From the NCBI GenBank assembly GCA_034521675.1, contig JAXHLZ010000001.1, forward strand, positions 57,629-121,628: DNA of 64,000 bases, read 5' to 3'. The DNA is from Halobacteriales archaeon (GTDB taxonomy: Archaea; Halobacteriota; Halobacteria; Halobacteriales; Haloarculaceae). Made by a program: the position numbers and the translations under genes. This document shows positions 9,880 through 20,109 of this stretch, piece by piece. Numbering within the stretch: the first letter of the stretch is position 1; every line of letters starts with the position of its first letter. The notes under the pieces are model-generated. The model was given only the letters and a program-made list of their open reading frames with translations, made no database searches and was not told the origin of the DNA.

Positions 9880-10636
9880 GTTCACCGCCCTCCCGTTCCC
9901 ACTCCGTGAGCGACCCCTCGTAGAAGGAGAGGTTCTGATAGCCGAGATGTCGCAACACGGTGTAGGTGTGGCTGACGCGCCGGGCGGTGTTGCAGTAGAG
10001 CACGACGTGGTCCTCGGGGTCGATTGCTCGCTCTGACAGAATCTCGTGCAGTGCCGACTCGGGCTTGAGTCCGCGCGTCTCGTCGTCGACAAACGACCGC
10101 CAGTTCAGCCGAACTGCCCCCTCGATGTGGCCCTCATCGTACTCCGCCTGCTCGCGAGTATCGACGAGTGTCGCGCCGGCCTCGATCGCTGCGCGCACCT
10201 CGGCCATCTCGATGAGCGGGCCGTCGGTGTCGAAGGTAGCCTCGTACTCGGTAGGGGTGCGTACCGTCGCCTCGCTCGTCGTCTCGTACTCGCGCTGCCA
10301 CGCGGTGAAGTCGCCGTCCAGCAGGGCCAGCTTGTCGGGGTCGTGGCCGTACAGCTCCGCCGTCACGAGAAAGCGCGCCGCGAAGACGCCGTGGTGGTCG
10401 TCGTACGCGACGATTCGGTCCTCGTTTCCGATGCCGGCCTCCTCGACGAGCGCGGCGAACACCGCCGCTCCCGGGAGCTTGCCTGCCTCGCCGTCGTCGC
10501 TCCGGAAACTGTCGAACGGGATGTTCACCGCGCCCGGCACGTGTCCGATACCGTCGAACTCCCACGCGTCCCGTACGTCCACAACGACCGCCTCGTCGTC
10601 GTCGGCGAGCCACGCCGGCGACACGACTGTGTCCAT
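9869..10636 (-). CDS. Sulfurtransferase (tandem rhodanese)
   Basis: VVDVR...GHVPGA, LYCNTARR active loop, YEGSLTEW. Confidence 0.92.
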   Translation of the reverse strand: MDTVVSPAWLADDDEAVVVDVRDAWEFDGIGHVPGAVNIPFDSFRSDDGEAGKLPGAAVFAALVEEAGIGNEDRIVAYDDHHGVFAARFLVTAELYGHDPDKLALLDGDFTAWQREYETTSEATVRTPTEYEATFDTDGPLIEMAEVRAAIEAGATLVDTREQAEYDEGHIEGAVRLNWRSFVDDETRGLKPESALHEILSERAIDPEDHVVLYCNTARRVSHTYTVLRHLGYQNLSFYEGSLTEWEREGGELTT

Positions 10637-10910
10637 ACTCCAGACTCGTCGTCCCGCCGCTTGAACCCGACGCCATCGCTCGCCGAATCTGCGACCGTCG
10701 CTCGTCAAACCCACCTCCACGATATCGGCAACGAATTCCGGTAAGCTGACTTGATTCGCCGCTCGGGCGCTGTCGACGGCGTTTCTTGCTATCATTGTGC
10801 GAGAAGCTCACACGATTATACCAGCAACAAAATCCGGGAAACGAGAGTGGTGGCCGAACTGTCCGAATGACAGGCACCTATGAGGGTGGCGGTCGTTAAT
10901 ACGGTGTATT

Positions 10911-11771
10911 ATGACTGATTACGCGAACGACGTGCTCGTCTCCGCCGACTGGGTGGAGGGGCACCTCGACGAGTTCCAGAGCGACGACCCCGACTATCGG
11001 CTGGTCGAGGTCGACGTCGACACCGAGGCGTACGACGAAGCGCACGCGCCGGGTGCGGTCGGCTTCAACTGGGAGACGCAGCTCCAGGACCAGCAGACCC
11101 GCGACGTGCTCGACAAGTCCGAGTTCGAGAATCTGCTCGGCAGCCACGGCATCACCGAGGACACGACGGTCGTGCTGTACGGTGACAACTCCAACTGGTT
11201 CGCCGCCTACTCCTACTGGCAGTTCCAGTACTGGGGCCACGACGACGTGAAGCTGCTCGACGGTGGCCGCGAGTTCTGGCTGGAGAACGACTACCCGACC
11301 ACCGACGAGGTTCCGAGCTACTCCGCACAGGAGTACACCGCCTCCGGGCCGCGCGAGTCCATCCGCGCCTACCGCGACGACGTCGAGAACGCCATCGAGC
11401 GCGAGATTCCGCTCGTCGACGTTCGCTCGCCTGAGGAGTTCTCCGGCGAGATCCTCGCACCTCCGGGCCTGCAGGAGACCGCCCAGCGCGGCGGCCACGT
11501 CCCCGGTGCTCGTAACATCTCGTGGGCTGCCGTCACCAACGACGACGGGACGTTCAAGGACTTCGACGACCTCGAAACGCTCTACGCTGAGGAGGGCATC
11601 GACGGCGAGGGAACGACCGTTGCCTACTGCCGTATCGGCGAGCGCTCGTCGGTCGCGTGGTTCGCACTCCACGAGCTGCTGGGATACGACGACACCGTCA
11701 ACTACGACGGCTCCTGGACCGAGTGGGGTAATCTCGTCGGCGCACCCATCGAGACAGGCGCGGCTGAGTGA
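10911..11771 (+). CDS. tssA: Thiosulfate sulfurtransferase (tandem rhodanese)
   Basis: YCRIGERSS active loop, NYDGSWTEW signature. Confidence 0.93.
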   Translation: MTDYANDVLVSADWVEGHLDEFQSDDPDYRLVEVDVDTEAYDEAHAPGAVGFNWETQLQDQQTRDVLDKSEFENLLGSHGITEDTTVVLYGDNSNWFAAYSYWQFQYWGHDDVKLLDGGREFWLENDYPTTDEVPSYSAQEYTASGPRESIRAYRDDVENAIEREIPLVDVRSPEEFSGEILAPPGLQETAQRGGHVPGARNISWAAVTNDDGTFKDFDDLETLYAEEGIDGEGTTVAYCRIGERSSVAWFALHELLGYDDTVNYDGSWTEWGNLVGAPIETGAAE

Positions 11772-11831
11772 CGAACGAAGCCGCGAATCAAAGCGGGGAG
11801 GAACGACCCGCGGAGACAGGCGCGGCTGAGT
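11751..11831. repeat. 19-bp direct repeat of the tssA 3' end enclosing a two-hairpin element
   Basis: GAGACAGGCGCGGCTGAGT at 11751-11769 and 11813-11831; stems GCGGCT/AGCCGC and GCGGG/CCCGC joined by GAATCAAA. Confidence 0.8.
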
Positions 11832-11960
11832 AAGGAACAGCAACCAGACCGGCTCGCAGACGAGCCGCACTCGCTTCTTTCGAGACGCTCGCAATCGAAT
11901 ACGCATATGAGTCGGCAAGCCGACACAATCGTTATGTGGAGCAGGTGCTACATCCCGATA

Positions 11961-12200
11961 ATGGGTGCGACACAGATTCGGCTCGACAAGACCGAACACG
12001 GGTGGGTCGCGACGGACCCGCTCCGGAACATCTCCTCGACGCCGTGTGAGAGCCGAGAGGCCGCACTCGCCGACCTCGACGAAAATCTCGCACTCGCCGA
12101 CGGTGAGATCACGCTGAGCGACGAAACGGAGCAGGCTCTCGACGCGACGGACGGCGAGTACGAACGCGGGGAGACGACCAGTCTGGACGCACTCCGCTGA
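11961..12200 (+). CDS. Putative antitoxin, HicB-like N-terminus
   Basis: GWVATD...SREAALADLDENLAL resembles the HicB N-domain; acidic C-tail; directly abuts relE. Confidence 0.65.
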   Translation: MGATQIRLDKTEHGWVATDPLRNISSTPCESREAALADLDENLALADGEITLSDETEQALDATDGEYERGETTSLDALR

Positions 12201-12449
12201 ATGACGAGCGTCGAACTCTCCTCGCGAGCGGCGGAGTGGCTCGACAAGGCCGAGCCGGACGTTCACGAGCAAATCATCGATCGACTCGACCAAGCGGTGG
12301 CGTTCCCCGACCACTTCCTCCATCGGCTGACTGGGCGACCACTCTACAAGCTTCGCGCCGGCGACTATCGGTGCATCATCGACTGGCGGCAGGACGAGGA
12401 GGTGCTGTTCGTCCGTGAAATCGGACACCGCAGGAATATCTACGACTGA
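12201..12449 (+). CDS. relE: RelE/ParE family toxin
   Basis: YKLRAGDYRCII...VREIGHRRNIY RelE signature. Confidence 0.88.
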   Translation: MTSVELSSRAAEWLDKAEPDVHEQIIDRLDQAVAFPDHFLHRLTGRPLYKLRAGDYRCIIDWRQDEEVLFVREIGHRRNIYD

Positions 12450-12461
12450 CCTTTCGACGGT

Positions 12462-13673
12462 TCAGACCAGTATCTCCACGTCGTAGCCCTCGGCTTCCAG
12501 CGCTGCAATCAGTTCCGCGACGTGGTCGTGGCCGCGCGTTTCGAGGTCCAACTCCACCTCGGTCGCGCCGACACTCATCTCCAGTGAGGTGCGCTCGTGT
12601 TCGATGCCGAAGATGTTGGCGCGGGCGTCGGCGATGATACCGATGAGCCGTTCGAGCGCGCCGGGACGGTCTTCCAGCGTCGTCTTCAGCTTCAGGTAGC
12701 GACCGTCCTCGACCAGCCCGCGCGTGATGACGTTGCGCAGCACGTTCAGGTCGATGTTCCCCCCGCACAGCGCCGGGACGATGACCTCGCCCTCCTCGTA
12801 GTCGAAGGCCTCCTCCACGACGGCAGTGAGCGCGATCGCGCCCGCGCCCTCTACGAGCGTCTTCGACTGTTCGAGCAGATCGACGAGCGTGCGGGCGATG
12901 GCGGCGTCACTGACAGTGACGATCTCGTCCACGCGCTCTTTGACTACTTCGTAGGTGAGTGTCCCCGGTTTGCCGACGGCGATTCCGTCGGCGAGCGTGT
13001 CCACCGCCTCGGTCTCGACGAGCTCGCCCTTCTGTAGCGACTGGGCCATCGCAGAGGCTCCTTCGGCTTGGACGCCGACGACGCGCGTCTCAGGATCGTT
13101 CGCCTTCACCGCTGTCGCCACGCCGGAGATGAGCCCGCCGCCGCCGATAGGGACGACGACTGTCTCCACGTCGGGTTGGTCCTCGACGATCTCTAGCCCG
13201 AGCGTCCCCTGACCGGCCATCACGTCGTAGTCGTCGAACGCGTGGACGTAGGTGCGACCCTCCGTCTCCTCCAGCTCGTGTGCCTTCTCCTGTGCCGCGT
13301 CGTAGTCGATGCCGTGGAGGACGACCTTCGCGCCGTACGCGCGGGTGGCCTCCACCTTCGAGACGGGCGCGTACTCCGGCATCACGATCTTTGCGTCGAT
13401 ACCTGCGCGGTCGGCCGCGAGCGCGACGCCCTGTGCGTGGTTACCGGCGCTCGCGGTGACGACGCCGGCCTCACGCTCGTCGTCGTCGAGATGTGCGAGC
13501 TTGTTCGTCGCGCCCCGAATCTTGAACGAGCCGGTGCGCTGGAGATTCTCCAGCTTGAGATAGATTTCCGCGCCGCTCGTCTTCGAGAAGGTGTGCGAGT
13601 AGTCGAGTGACGTGTGACGGGCCACTTCCATCACTCGCTGGCGTGCTTCGAGTACATCTGCAACGTCGAGCAT
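12462..13673 (-). CDS. ilvA: Threonine ammonia-lyase with C-terminal ACT domain
   Basis: KLENLQRTGSFKIRGA, SAGNHAQG, GGGGLISG, DRPGAL; ATG at 13673. Confidence 0.94.
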   Translation of the reverse strand: MLDVADVLEARQRVMEVARHTSLDYSHTFSKTSGAEIYLKLENLQRTGSFKIRGATNKLAHLDDDEREAGVVTASAGNHAQGVALAADRAGIDAKIVMPEYAPVSKVEATRAYGAKVVLHGIDYDAAQEKAHELEETEGRTYVHAFDDYDVMAGQGTLGLEIVEDQPDVETVVVPIGGGGLISGVATAVKANDPETRVVGVQAEGASAMAQSLQKGELVETEAVDTLADGIAVGKPGTLTYEVVKERVDEIVTVSDAAIARTLVDLLEQSKTLVEGAGAIALTAVVEEAFDYEEGEVIVPALCGGNIDLNVLRNVITRGLVEDGRYLKLKTTLEDRPGALERLIGIIADARANIFGIEHERTSLEMSVGATEVELDLETRGHDHVAELIAALEAEGYDVEILV

Positions 13674-13845
13674 ACCTACGACTACCCCGCCCGGGGTTCT
13701 ATTGGTTTCGACAAAAGGGAAGGAGCGTGTGCAATCATTCGTAGAGCGTGTCTGTATATAAACTCCCGCCATCCGGAGCGGAAGTGAAACCGCAGTACAG
13801 AAGCAGGGTGAAACTGTCGTCAGACGGCTGTCTTTCCTCTGTCGC

Positions 13846-14649
13846 TCAGACGACGTGTTCGGTGTCGTAGCTCCCGAGTACGCGCACCCAGCCGTCGCTC
13901 GCGAGTGACTCCAACTCTGTGACTGCGCTCTGTGTACGCTCCTCGTAGAGGCCGGACTCGATGTCGATGTGGAAGACGTAGTCGCCGAGTCGCTCGCCCG
14001 ACGGGCGCGACTCCACCCGCGAGAGGTTGATTTCGCGTTCGGCGAACGGCTCCAGCAGGTCGAGAAGCAGCCCCGGATGGTTTGTGTTCGGATACACGAC
14101 GAAGGAGGTCTTCCCGCCGGCCTCGTCGCGTTCGGATTCTGGCGCGACGACGAGGAACCGCGTCGCGTTCGAGCTTCGGTCTTGGATATCGCTTTCGAGC
14201 ACGCGAAGGTCGTCGCCGGCGTTCGCCGGGTGGCCGATCCCGGCGACGCTGCTGTCCTCACGGGCGCGGGCGACTCCGCGGGCCGTGGAGGCGACCGGCT
14301 CCGTCACCGCGTCAGGATACTCGCGATTGAGGTACTCACGACACTGTGCGAGCGCCTGCTGGTGGCTCGCCACGGTGTCGAACGACTCCGTCTGTGCGAG
14401 CAGCGAGTGTCGAATCGGTGTCACAATCTCGCGTACGACGGCGACCCGCTGGTCGGCCAGCGCGTCCAGCGACTCCGTGACGCTCCCTTCGATGCTGTTC
14501 TCGATGGGGACGACCCCGCGGTCGTACGCGCCCGTCGCGACCCCTTCGACGATGGCCGTCACCGACTCGGCAAAGTCGATGTCATCGGCGACCGCCTGCG
14601 TCGCGCGGTGCGAGTAGGTCCCCTCCGGACCGAGCGTGAGTGCGTTCAT
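13846..14649 (-). CDS. pheA: Prephenate dehydratase
   Basis: LGPEGTYS, PIENSIEG, NATRF, ESRPS. Confidence 0.95.
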   Translation of the reverse strand: MNALTLGPEGTYSHRATQAVADDIDFAESVTAIVEGVATGAYDRGVVPIENSIEGSVTESLDALADQRVAVVREIVTPIRHSLLAQTESFDTVASHQQALAQCREYLNREYPDAVTEPVASTARGVARAREDSSVAGIGHPANAGDDLRVLESDIQDRSSNATRFLVVAPESERDEAGGKTSFVVYPNTNHPGLLLDLLEPFAEREINLSRVESRPSGERLGDYVFHIDIESGLYEERTQSAVTELESLASDGWVRVLGSYDTEHVV

Positions 14650-14728
14650 ATCTCCGTGTCGCGACACGTCCGTATCAGGGTGTCGGCGACCGCAATTCCC
14701 GAAGCGGTTTCCCAAACGACTGCTCGCG

Positions 14729-16153
14729 CTATCGATTCAGGGTGTGGATAGCGTGACCCTGCGCGTTCATCGCGGCCTCCATCACTGCCTCTGACAGCGT
14801 CGGATGCGTGTGGATGGTCGAGGAGATATCTTCGAGGGTCGCGCCCATCTCGATTGCTAGTCCGATCTCGCCGATGAGTTCGGATGCCTCGGGAGCGACG
14901 ATCTGTGCCCCCAGTATGAATCCCGTCTCGTCGTCGGCGACGATGCGGGCGAATCCCTCCGGCTCGTCGAGCGTGAGCGCACGCCCGGAGGCGTTCATCG
15001 GCATCTGGCCGACGACCGGCTCGAAGCCGGCATCTTCGGCCTCACTCTCGGTCATCCCGACGGTGCCGATCTCCGGGTCGGTGAACACTGCGCCCGGAAT
15101 CGCCTGGAAATCCATAGCGGACGGCTCCCCGGCGATGTGTTCGGCGACGACCTCACCTTCGGCGGAGGCCTTGTGAGCGAGCATTGGCTCGCCGGCCACG
15201 TCGCCGACTGCGTAGACGTTCTCCACGTCTGTCTCGCCGAATTCGTCGGTGTCGAGGAAGCCGGCCTCGGTCGGTTCGAGCCCGATGGCGTCGAGTCCGA
15301 GTGTGTCGGTCACCGGCTGGCGACCCACCGCGACGAGAATGTGGTCGGCCTCGTAGGTGGACTCCTCGCCGTCCTCCGTCTCGGCGGTGAGTCGGACGCC
15401 GTCTGCCGTCTCCTCCCACTCGCTGGCTCCCTCGCCGAAGTTGAAATTAACGCCGAGCTCCTCGGCGCGAGTGCGGACGACCCGCGCCACGTCGTCCTCG
15501 TAGACGGGGAGTGCGCTGTCCAACATCTCGATGACCTCGACGTTCGTGCCGAGCTTCGCATACGTCGTGGACAGCTCCATCCCGATGTAGCCCGCTCCGA
15601 CGACGAGCAGATCGTCCGGGACGCTCGTCAGATTCAGCGCGCCCTGCGAGGAGAGAATCCGCTCCTCGTCGTACTCGAAGGCGGGAATCTGGATGGGCCG
15701 TGAGCCGGTGGCGATGATGGCGTGCTCGTACTCGATGGTCTCCGAGCCTTGTCCATCGCCGCCGTGCATAACGCGAACCGAGCCCTTCCCGTCGAACTCT
15801 GCTGTTCCTTCGATGAGGTTGACGCCGTTCGCCTTACACAGCTTCTCGACGCCGCCAGTCAGCTGATCGACTACGTCGTCTTTCCAACTCGACAGCGCCG
15901 CCATGTCGACGGCGGGGTCGGCGTGGATACCCATTCTCTCGGCCGACGCCGCGCTGTGGGCGGTGTCCGCCCCCGTGATGAGTGCCTTCGACGGGATACA
16001 GCCCCGATTCAGGCAGGCACCCCCGTAGGCGTCTTTCTCGACGAGTGTCGTGTCGAGATCGAGCTGTGCTGCGCGGATGGCGGCCACGTAGCCGCCCGGT
16101 CCAGCGCCGATGACCAGTACATCAGTTCCAGTTGCGATGTCTCCAACAACCAT
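14729..16153 (-). CDS. lpdA: Dihydrolipoyl dehydrogenase (E3)
   Basis: GAGPGGYVAA, GGACLNRGCIPSK, HTHPTLSE. Confidence 0.97.
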   Translation of the reverse strand: MVVGDIATGTDVLVIGAGPGGYVAAIRAAQLDLDTTLVEKDAYGGACLNRGCIPSKALITGADTAHSAASAERMGIHADPAVDMAALSSWKDDVVDQLTGGVEKLCKANGVNLIEGTAEFDGKGSVRVMHGGDGQGSETIEYEHAIIATGSRPIQIPAFEYDEERILSSQGALNLTSVPDDLLVVGAGYIGMELSTTYAKLGTNVEVIEMLDSALPVYEDDVARVVRTRAEELGVNFNFGEGASEWEETADGVRLTAETEDGEESTYEADHILVAVGRQPVTDTLGLDAIGLEPTEAGFLDTDEFGETDVENVYAVGDVAGEPMLAHKASAEGEVVAEHIAGEPSAMDFQAIPGAVFTDPEIGTVGMTESEAEDAGFEPVVGQMPMNASGRALTLDEPEGFARIVADDETGFILGAQIVAPEASELIGEIGLAIEMGATLEDISSTIHTHPTLSEAVMEAAMNAQGHAIHTLNR

Positions 16154-17755
16154 TAGAGTAACAAGAGTTCAGGGTTCTGCAGGTGTTCTTTCACCGTGTT
16201 CGTGAACGCGGCCGCCTCGGCCCCGTCGATGACGCGGTGGTCGATAGTCAACGAGAGGGTCAACACGTGTCGTGGAACGACCTCGCCGCTCACGGCTGCG
16301 CCGTTCGATTCCGAGTCGCTATGCGACTCGCTGTCCACGACGCGCGGCTTCTTCTTGATCTCGCCCAGCCCGAGGATGGCGGTCTCGGGATAGTTGATGA
16401 TCGGCGTGGCGTACTCGCCGCCGATTGCACCGAAGTTCGTGATCGAGAAGGTGCCGCCCTGCATCTCCTCGCGGGCGATAGAGCGGTCACGCGCAGCTGC
16501 CACCAGCTCGTTCATCTCCTCGGAGAGCTGGAGCAAGCCCTTCCGGTCGACCGCATCGACCACCGGCACCATCAGCCCCGCGTCGGTCGCCGCTGCGATG
16601 CCGATGTTGTAGTAGTGTTTCGACGATCTCCTCGGCCTCCTCGTCGAGTTGGCTGTTGAGGATCGGGTGTTCGCGCAGCCCGGCGACGACCGCCTTCAGC
16701 ACGAACGGCATATACGAGAGCTTCTGCCCGCGCTCTGCTGCGGTCTCTTTCAGTCGCCCGCGCGTCTCCACCAGCTTCGTCACGTCCACCTCGTCGTGGT
16801 GGGTGACGTGCGGAGCGGTGTACTTCGAGGTCGCCATCTGCTTGCCGATGGTGCGGCGAATCCCCGTGTACGGCTCGCGCGTCTCGCGCTCCTCGACCCG
16901 TTCGGGCGTCGTGGAGGCTGCGCCAGCCTCTTGGCCTGCCTGCACCGCCTCGGCGTCGGCGGCCTGTGCGGCCTGCTGGGCCTCGGCGAACTCACGCACC
17001 TGCTCCGGCCGAACGAACGCCTCGCCGTCGCGCGTCTCGTCGGTCGGCACGTCGTCGAGATTCACGCCCTCGTCCTCGGCGAGTCTGCGGGTCGCCGGCG
17101 CAGCGAGCGTCTGGTCGCGGCCGGCGCGCTCTACGTCGCCAGCGGGTGCCGTCGCCGACGCCGTCGGCTTCTCCGATTTCTCGTCCGTCGCTTTCGAGGT
17201 CGCAGATTTCACGGCAGATTCGACTTCCTCGCTCTCATCTTCTGTCTCGCTCTCCGCGTGTGCCCGCACGTCGGCGTCGGAGACGCGCCCGCCGGGACCG
17301 CTCCCCTCGACGGCAGCGATGTCCACGTCGAGTTCACGGGCCAGTCGGCGTGCACTCGGCGAGGCGAAGACGCGCCCGCCTTTCGCGGCGGTGCCGGTCT
17401 CCTCGCTCTCCTCACTCTCGCTCTCGTCGCTCGTCTCGTCGTCAGTCTCCGAAACTGCGGAGACGGCCGATTCGGTCGCTTCCTCGTCGTCGCTGGTTTC
17501 TTCGCTCGTATCGTCCTCCTCGGTAGCGAACGTGATGATGACGTTCCCGACAGGAACCATCTCTCCTTCGTCGGCGAGAATCTCCTTCACGGTCCCGTTG
17601 ACCGGGGAGGGAACCTCGACGACCGCCTTGTCCGTCTCGACCTCTGCGACCGGCTGGTCTTCCGTCACCGTGTCGCCGACGGAGACGAGCCACGAGACGA
17701 TCTCTGCCTCGGCGAGTCCCTCGCCCACGTCGGGCAACTCGAACTCGCGGACCAT
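16153..17755 (-). CDS. pdhC: 2-oxoacid dehydrogenase E2 (dihydrolipoamide acyltransferase); frameshift near 16620
   Basis: Lipoyl domain ETDKA, two E3-binding repeats and the catalytic DHRVIDG; split across ORFs 16487..17755 and 16153..16572. Confidence 0.92.
16288..16332. repeat. In-frame two-hairpin insertion in the E2 catalytic domain
   Basis: Stems CGAGTCGC-TAT-GCGACTCG (16312-16330) and ACGGC-TGC-GCCGT (16292-16304); encodes SESHSDSESNGAAVS between PRVVD and GEVVPR. Confidence 0.75.
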
Positions 17756-18744
17756 CAGAACTCGACCGCCTCCCTGATACCGTCCTCGATGCGTGTGGCC
17801 TCTGGCATGTAGTAGTCCTCCAGCGCGTACAGCGGGAAGGGCGTATCGAAGCCGGTCACGCGGGTCACCGGTGCCTTCTGGTATCCGAGCGCTTCCTCCT
17901 GAATCGTCGCGGCAATCTCAGCGCCCAGCCCGCCCGTCTTCGGGGCTTCGTGGACGACGACCGCCCGTCCCGTCTTCTTGAACGAGTCGACGATCGCATC
18001 CCAGTCCATCGGCGACAGCGTGCGCAGGTCGACGACCTCTACGTCGATGTCGCCCGCCAGATTCTCCGCGGCTTCGAGTGAGGGTCGGGTCATCGCTCCC
18101 CACGTGAACACCGATACGTCCGACCCTTCGCGGCGGGTCTTCGCTTTGCCCAACTCGACCGTGTACGTCTCGTCGGGCACCTCCTCGCGGAAGGCGCGGT
18201 AGATGAGCTTCGGTTCCATGAACACGACCGGGTCGGGGTCGCGAATTGCGGCTGCGAGCAGCCCCTTCGTGTCGTGTGGCGTCGAGGGGATGACGACCTT
18301 CAGCCCGGCCTCGTGGGCGTAGAACGCCTCCTTCGACTCGGAGTGGTGCTCGGGTGCGCGGATCCCGCCGCCGTAGGGCGCCCGGACGACCATCGGCACG
18401 GTGAACCGCCCGCGCGACCGCGTGCGCAGTCGCGCGGCGTGCGAAACGATCTGATCGAACGCCGGGTAGGCGAACCCGGAGAACTGCATCTCGGGCACCG
18501 GCTTCATGCCGTAAGCCGCCATACCCACGGCAGCCCCGACGATACCGGATTCGGCGAGCGGCGTGTCGAAGACGCGTTCCTCGCCGAACTCGTCGTAGAG
18601 TCCCTGCGTGGCGCGGAAGACGCCGCCGTTCTTGCCGACGTCTTCGCCGAAGACGACCACGTCGTCGTCGTGTTCCAGTTCGCCTTTCAGTCCGTCGCGA
18701 ACCGCCTGTACGAGTGTGAGATTCTGTGTCTGTGTGTCGCTCAT
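17755..18744 (-). CDS. pdhB: 2-oxoacid dehydrogenase E1 beta
   Basis: GEDVGKNGGVFRAT, DTPLAESGI, EHHSES. Confidence 0.95.
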   Translation of the reverse strand: MSDTQTQNLTLVQAVRDGLKGELEHDDDVVVFGEDVGKNGGVFRATQGLYDEFGEERVFDTPLAESGIVGAAVGMAAYGMKPVPEMQFSGFAYPAFDQIVSHAARLRTRSRGRFTVPMVVRAPYGGGIRAPEHHSESKEAFYAHEAGLKVVIPSTPHDTKGLLAAAIRDPDPVVFMEPKLIYRAFREEVPDETYTVELGKAKTRREGSDVSVFTWGAMTRPSLEAAENLAGDIDVEVVDLRTLSPMDWDAIVDSFKKTGRAVVVHEAPKTGGLGAEIAATIQEEALGYQKAPVTRVTGFDTPFPLYALEDYYMPEATRIEDGIREAVEF

Positions 18745-19841
18745 TCCAGTAGTTCCTCGTCACCGTGTTCCGACCGGAGTCGGTCGAGATACGCCTGCTG
18801 GTCGCGGAGTCGCTCGGGCATCTCCGCGTAGACGTGCTCGAACATACTATCCGTCGTCGGTCGGGTGTATCCCTCTGCCGTCTCGATTGCCTCGGCCACT
18901 TCGTCCTCGACGGACTCGGTGATGTCGGCGACGCGCTCGTCGTCGAGAATCGCGCGATCGCGCAGGAACGCTTCGAGCCGTGGAATCGGGTCCTTCGCCT
19001 TCCACGCTTCGACCTCCTCGTCCTGCCGGTAGACCGACGGGTCGTCGGCGGTCGTGTGGGCACCGAAGCGATACTGTACCGCCTCGATGAGCGTCGGCTT
19101 CGACGTGCTCTCGTCGTCGCGTGCCCGCTCGACAGCCGCGCTCGTCACCTGATACACCGCCAGTGGATCCATTCCGTCGACCTGCACGCCCTCCATCCCG
19201 TAGGCGATGGACTTCTGTGCGATGGTCTCGGAGGCGGTCTGCTTCTCGCGGGGTACCGAGATGGCCCACTGATTGTTGTTGCAGAAGAAGACGGTCGGCG
19301 TGTCGAAGACACCGCCGAAGTTCAGCCCCTCGTGGAAATCGCCTTCCGACGTTGCGCCGTCGCCGAAGTAACACATGAACACCTCGTCGGTATCGTTGTA
19401 GTTGGCGGCCATCCCCAGCCCGGCGGCGTGCGGGATCTGTGAGGCGATGGGGACAGCGACGGGGAAAATATTCAGCTCGTCGAGCTTGTTGCCGCGCTCG
19501 TCGCCCATCCAGTAGCGGAGCGTCCCTTCGAGCGTCAGTCCGTGGACGTACGTCGCGGCGTGTTCGCGATAGGAGGGAATAACCCAGTCTTGCTCGCTCA
19601 ACGCCATCGCGGAGGCGACCTGTGCGCCCTCCTGTCCTGACAGTGGGGGATACGTCCCCATCCGGCCCTGTCGCTGGAGGCTGACGGCTCGCTGGTCGAA
19701 GTGGCGAGCCAGCTTCATCGTCCGGTACATCTCCACGAACTCCTCCTCGGAGAGGTCGGGGACGGTCGCTCCCTCGACCACCGACCCGTCCTCAGCGAGC
19801 ACCTGCACCTGCTCGTGTGGGTCCGTATCGAGTACGCTCAC
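18741..19841 (-). CDS. pdhA: 2-oxoacid dehydrogenase E1 alpha
   Basis: GDGATSEGDFHE...NNQWAIS TPP motif; HTTADDP. Confidence 0.95.
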   Translation of the reverse strand: MSVLDTDPHEQVQVLAEDGSVVEGATVPDLSEEEFVEMYRTMKLARHFDQRAVSLQRQGRMGTYPPLSGQEGAQVASAMALSEQDWVIPSYREHAATYVHGLTLEGTLRYWMGDERGNKLDELNIFPVAVPIASQIPHAAGLGMAANYNDTDEVFMCYFGDGATSEGDFHEGLNFGGVFDTPTVFFCNNNQWAISVPREKQTASETIAQKSIAYGMEGVQVDGMDPLAVYQVTSAAVERARDDESTSKPTLIEAVQYRFGAHTTADDPSVYRQDEEVEAWKAKDPIPRLEAFLRDRAILDDERVADITESVEDEVAEAIETAEGYTRPTTDSMFEHVYAEMPERLRDQQAYLDRLRSEHGDEELLE

Positions 19842-20029
19842 CGTCGTACCACCCGTTCTATCATACGTGGATGTCAGAGTCCCCGGACAAAGTAGTTTCG
19901 TAAATACCTTTCGTAGCCCGTGACTATTGCCACGAGATACGACGAACGGTCAGAAATTCTCCGTTCGGGTAGCTGATTATACGCGTTTGTCGGCTCTCGC
20001 GGCGACCTATGGTATGCGTTCGCGTCTCA

Positions 20030-20109
20030 CACGGATTACGCTAAGTCATTTCCGTACTGACCGCACGCAGTCGTGCGGTCGTAGCGGTAAACAGTTAGCG
20101 TAATCCGTA
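20030..20109. mobile_element. MITE-like palindromic element, family B copy 1
   Basis: TIR (C)ACGGATTACGCTAA/TTAGCGTAATCCGTA, central GACCGCACG-CAGT-CGTGCGGTC; flanked by TCA on both sides (the right one is the lipA stop). Four differences from 25472-25550. Confidence 0.82.
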
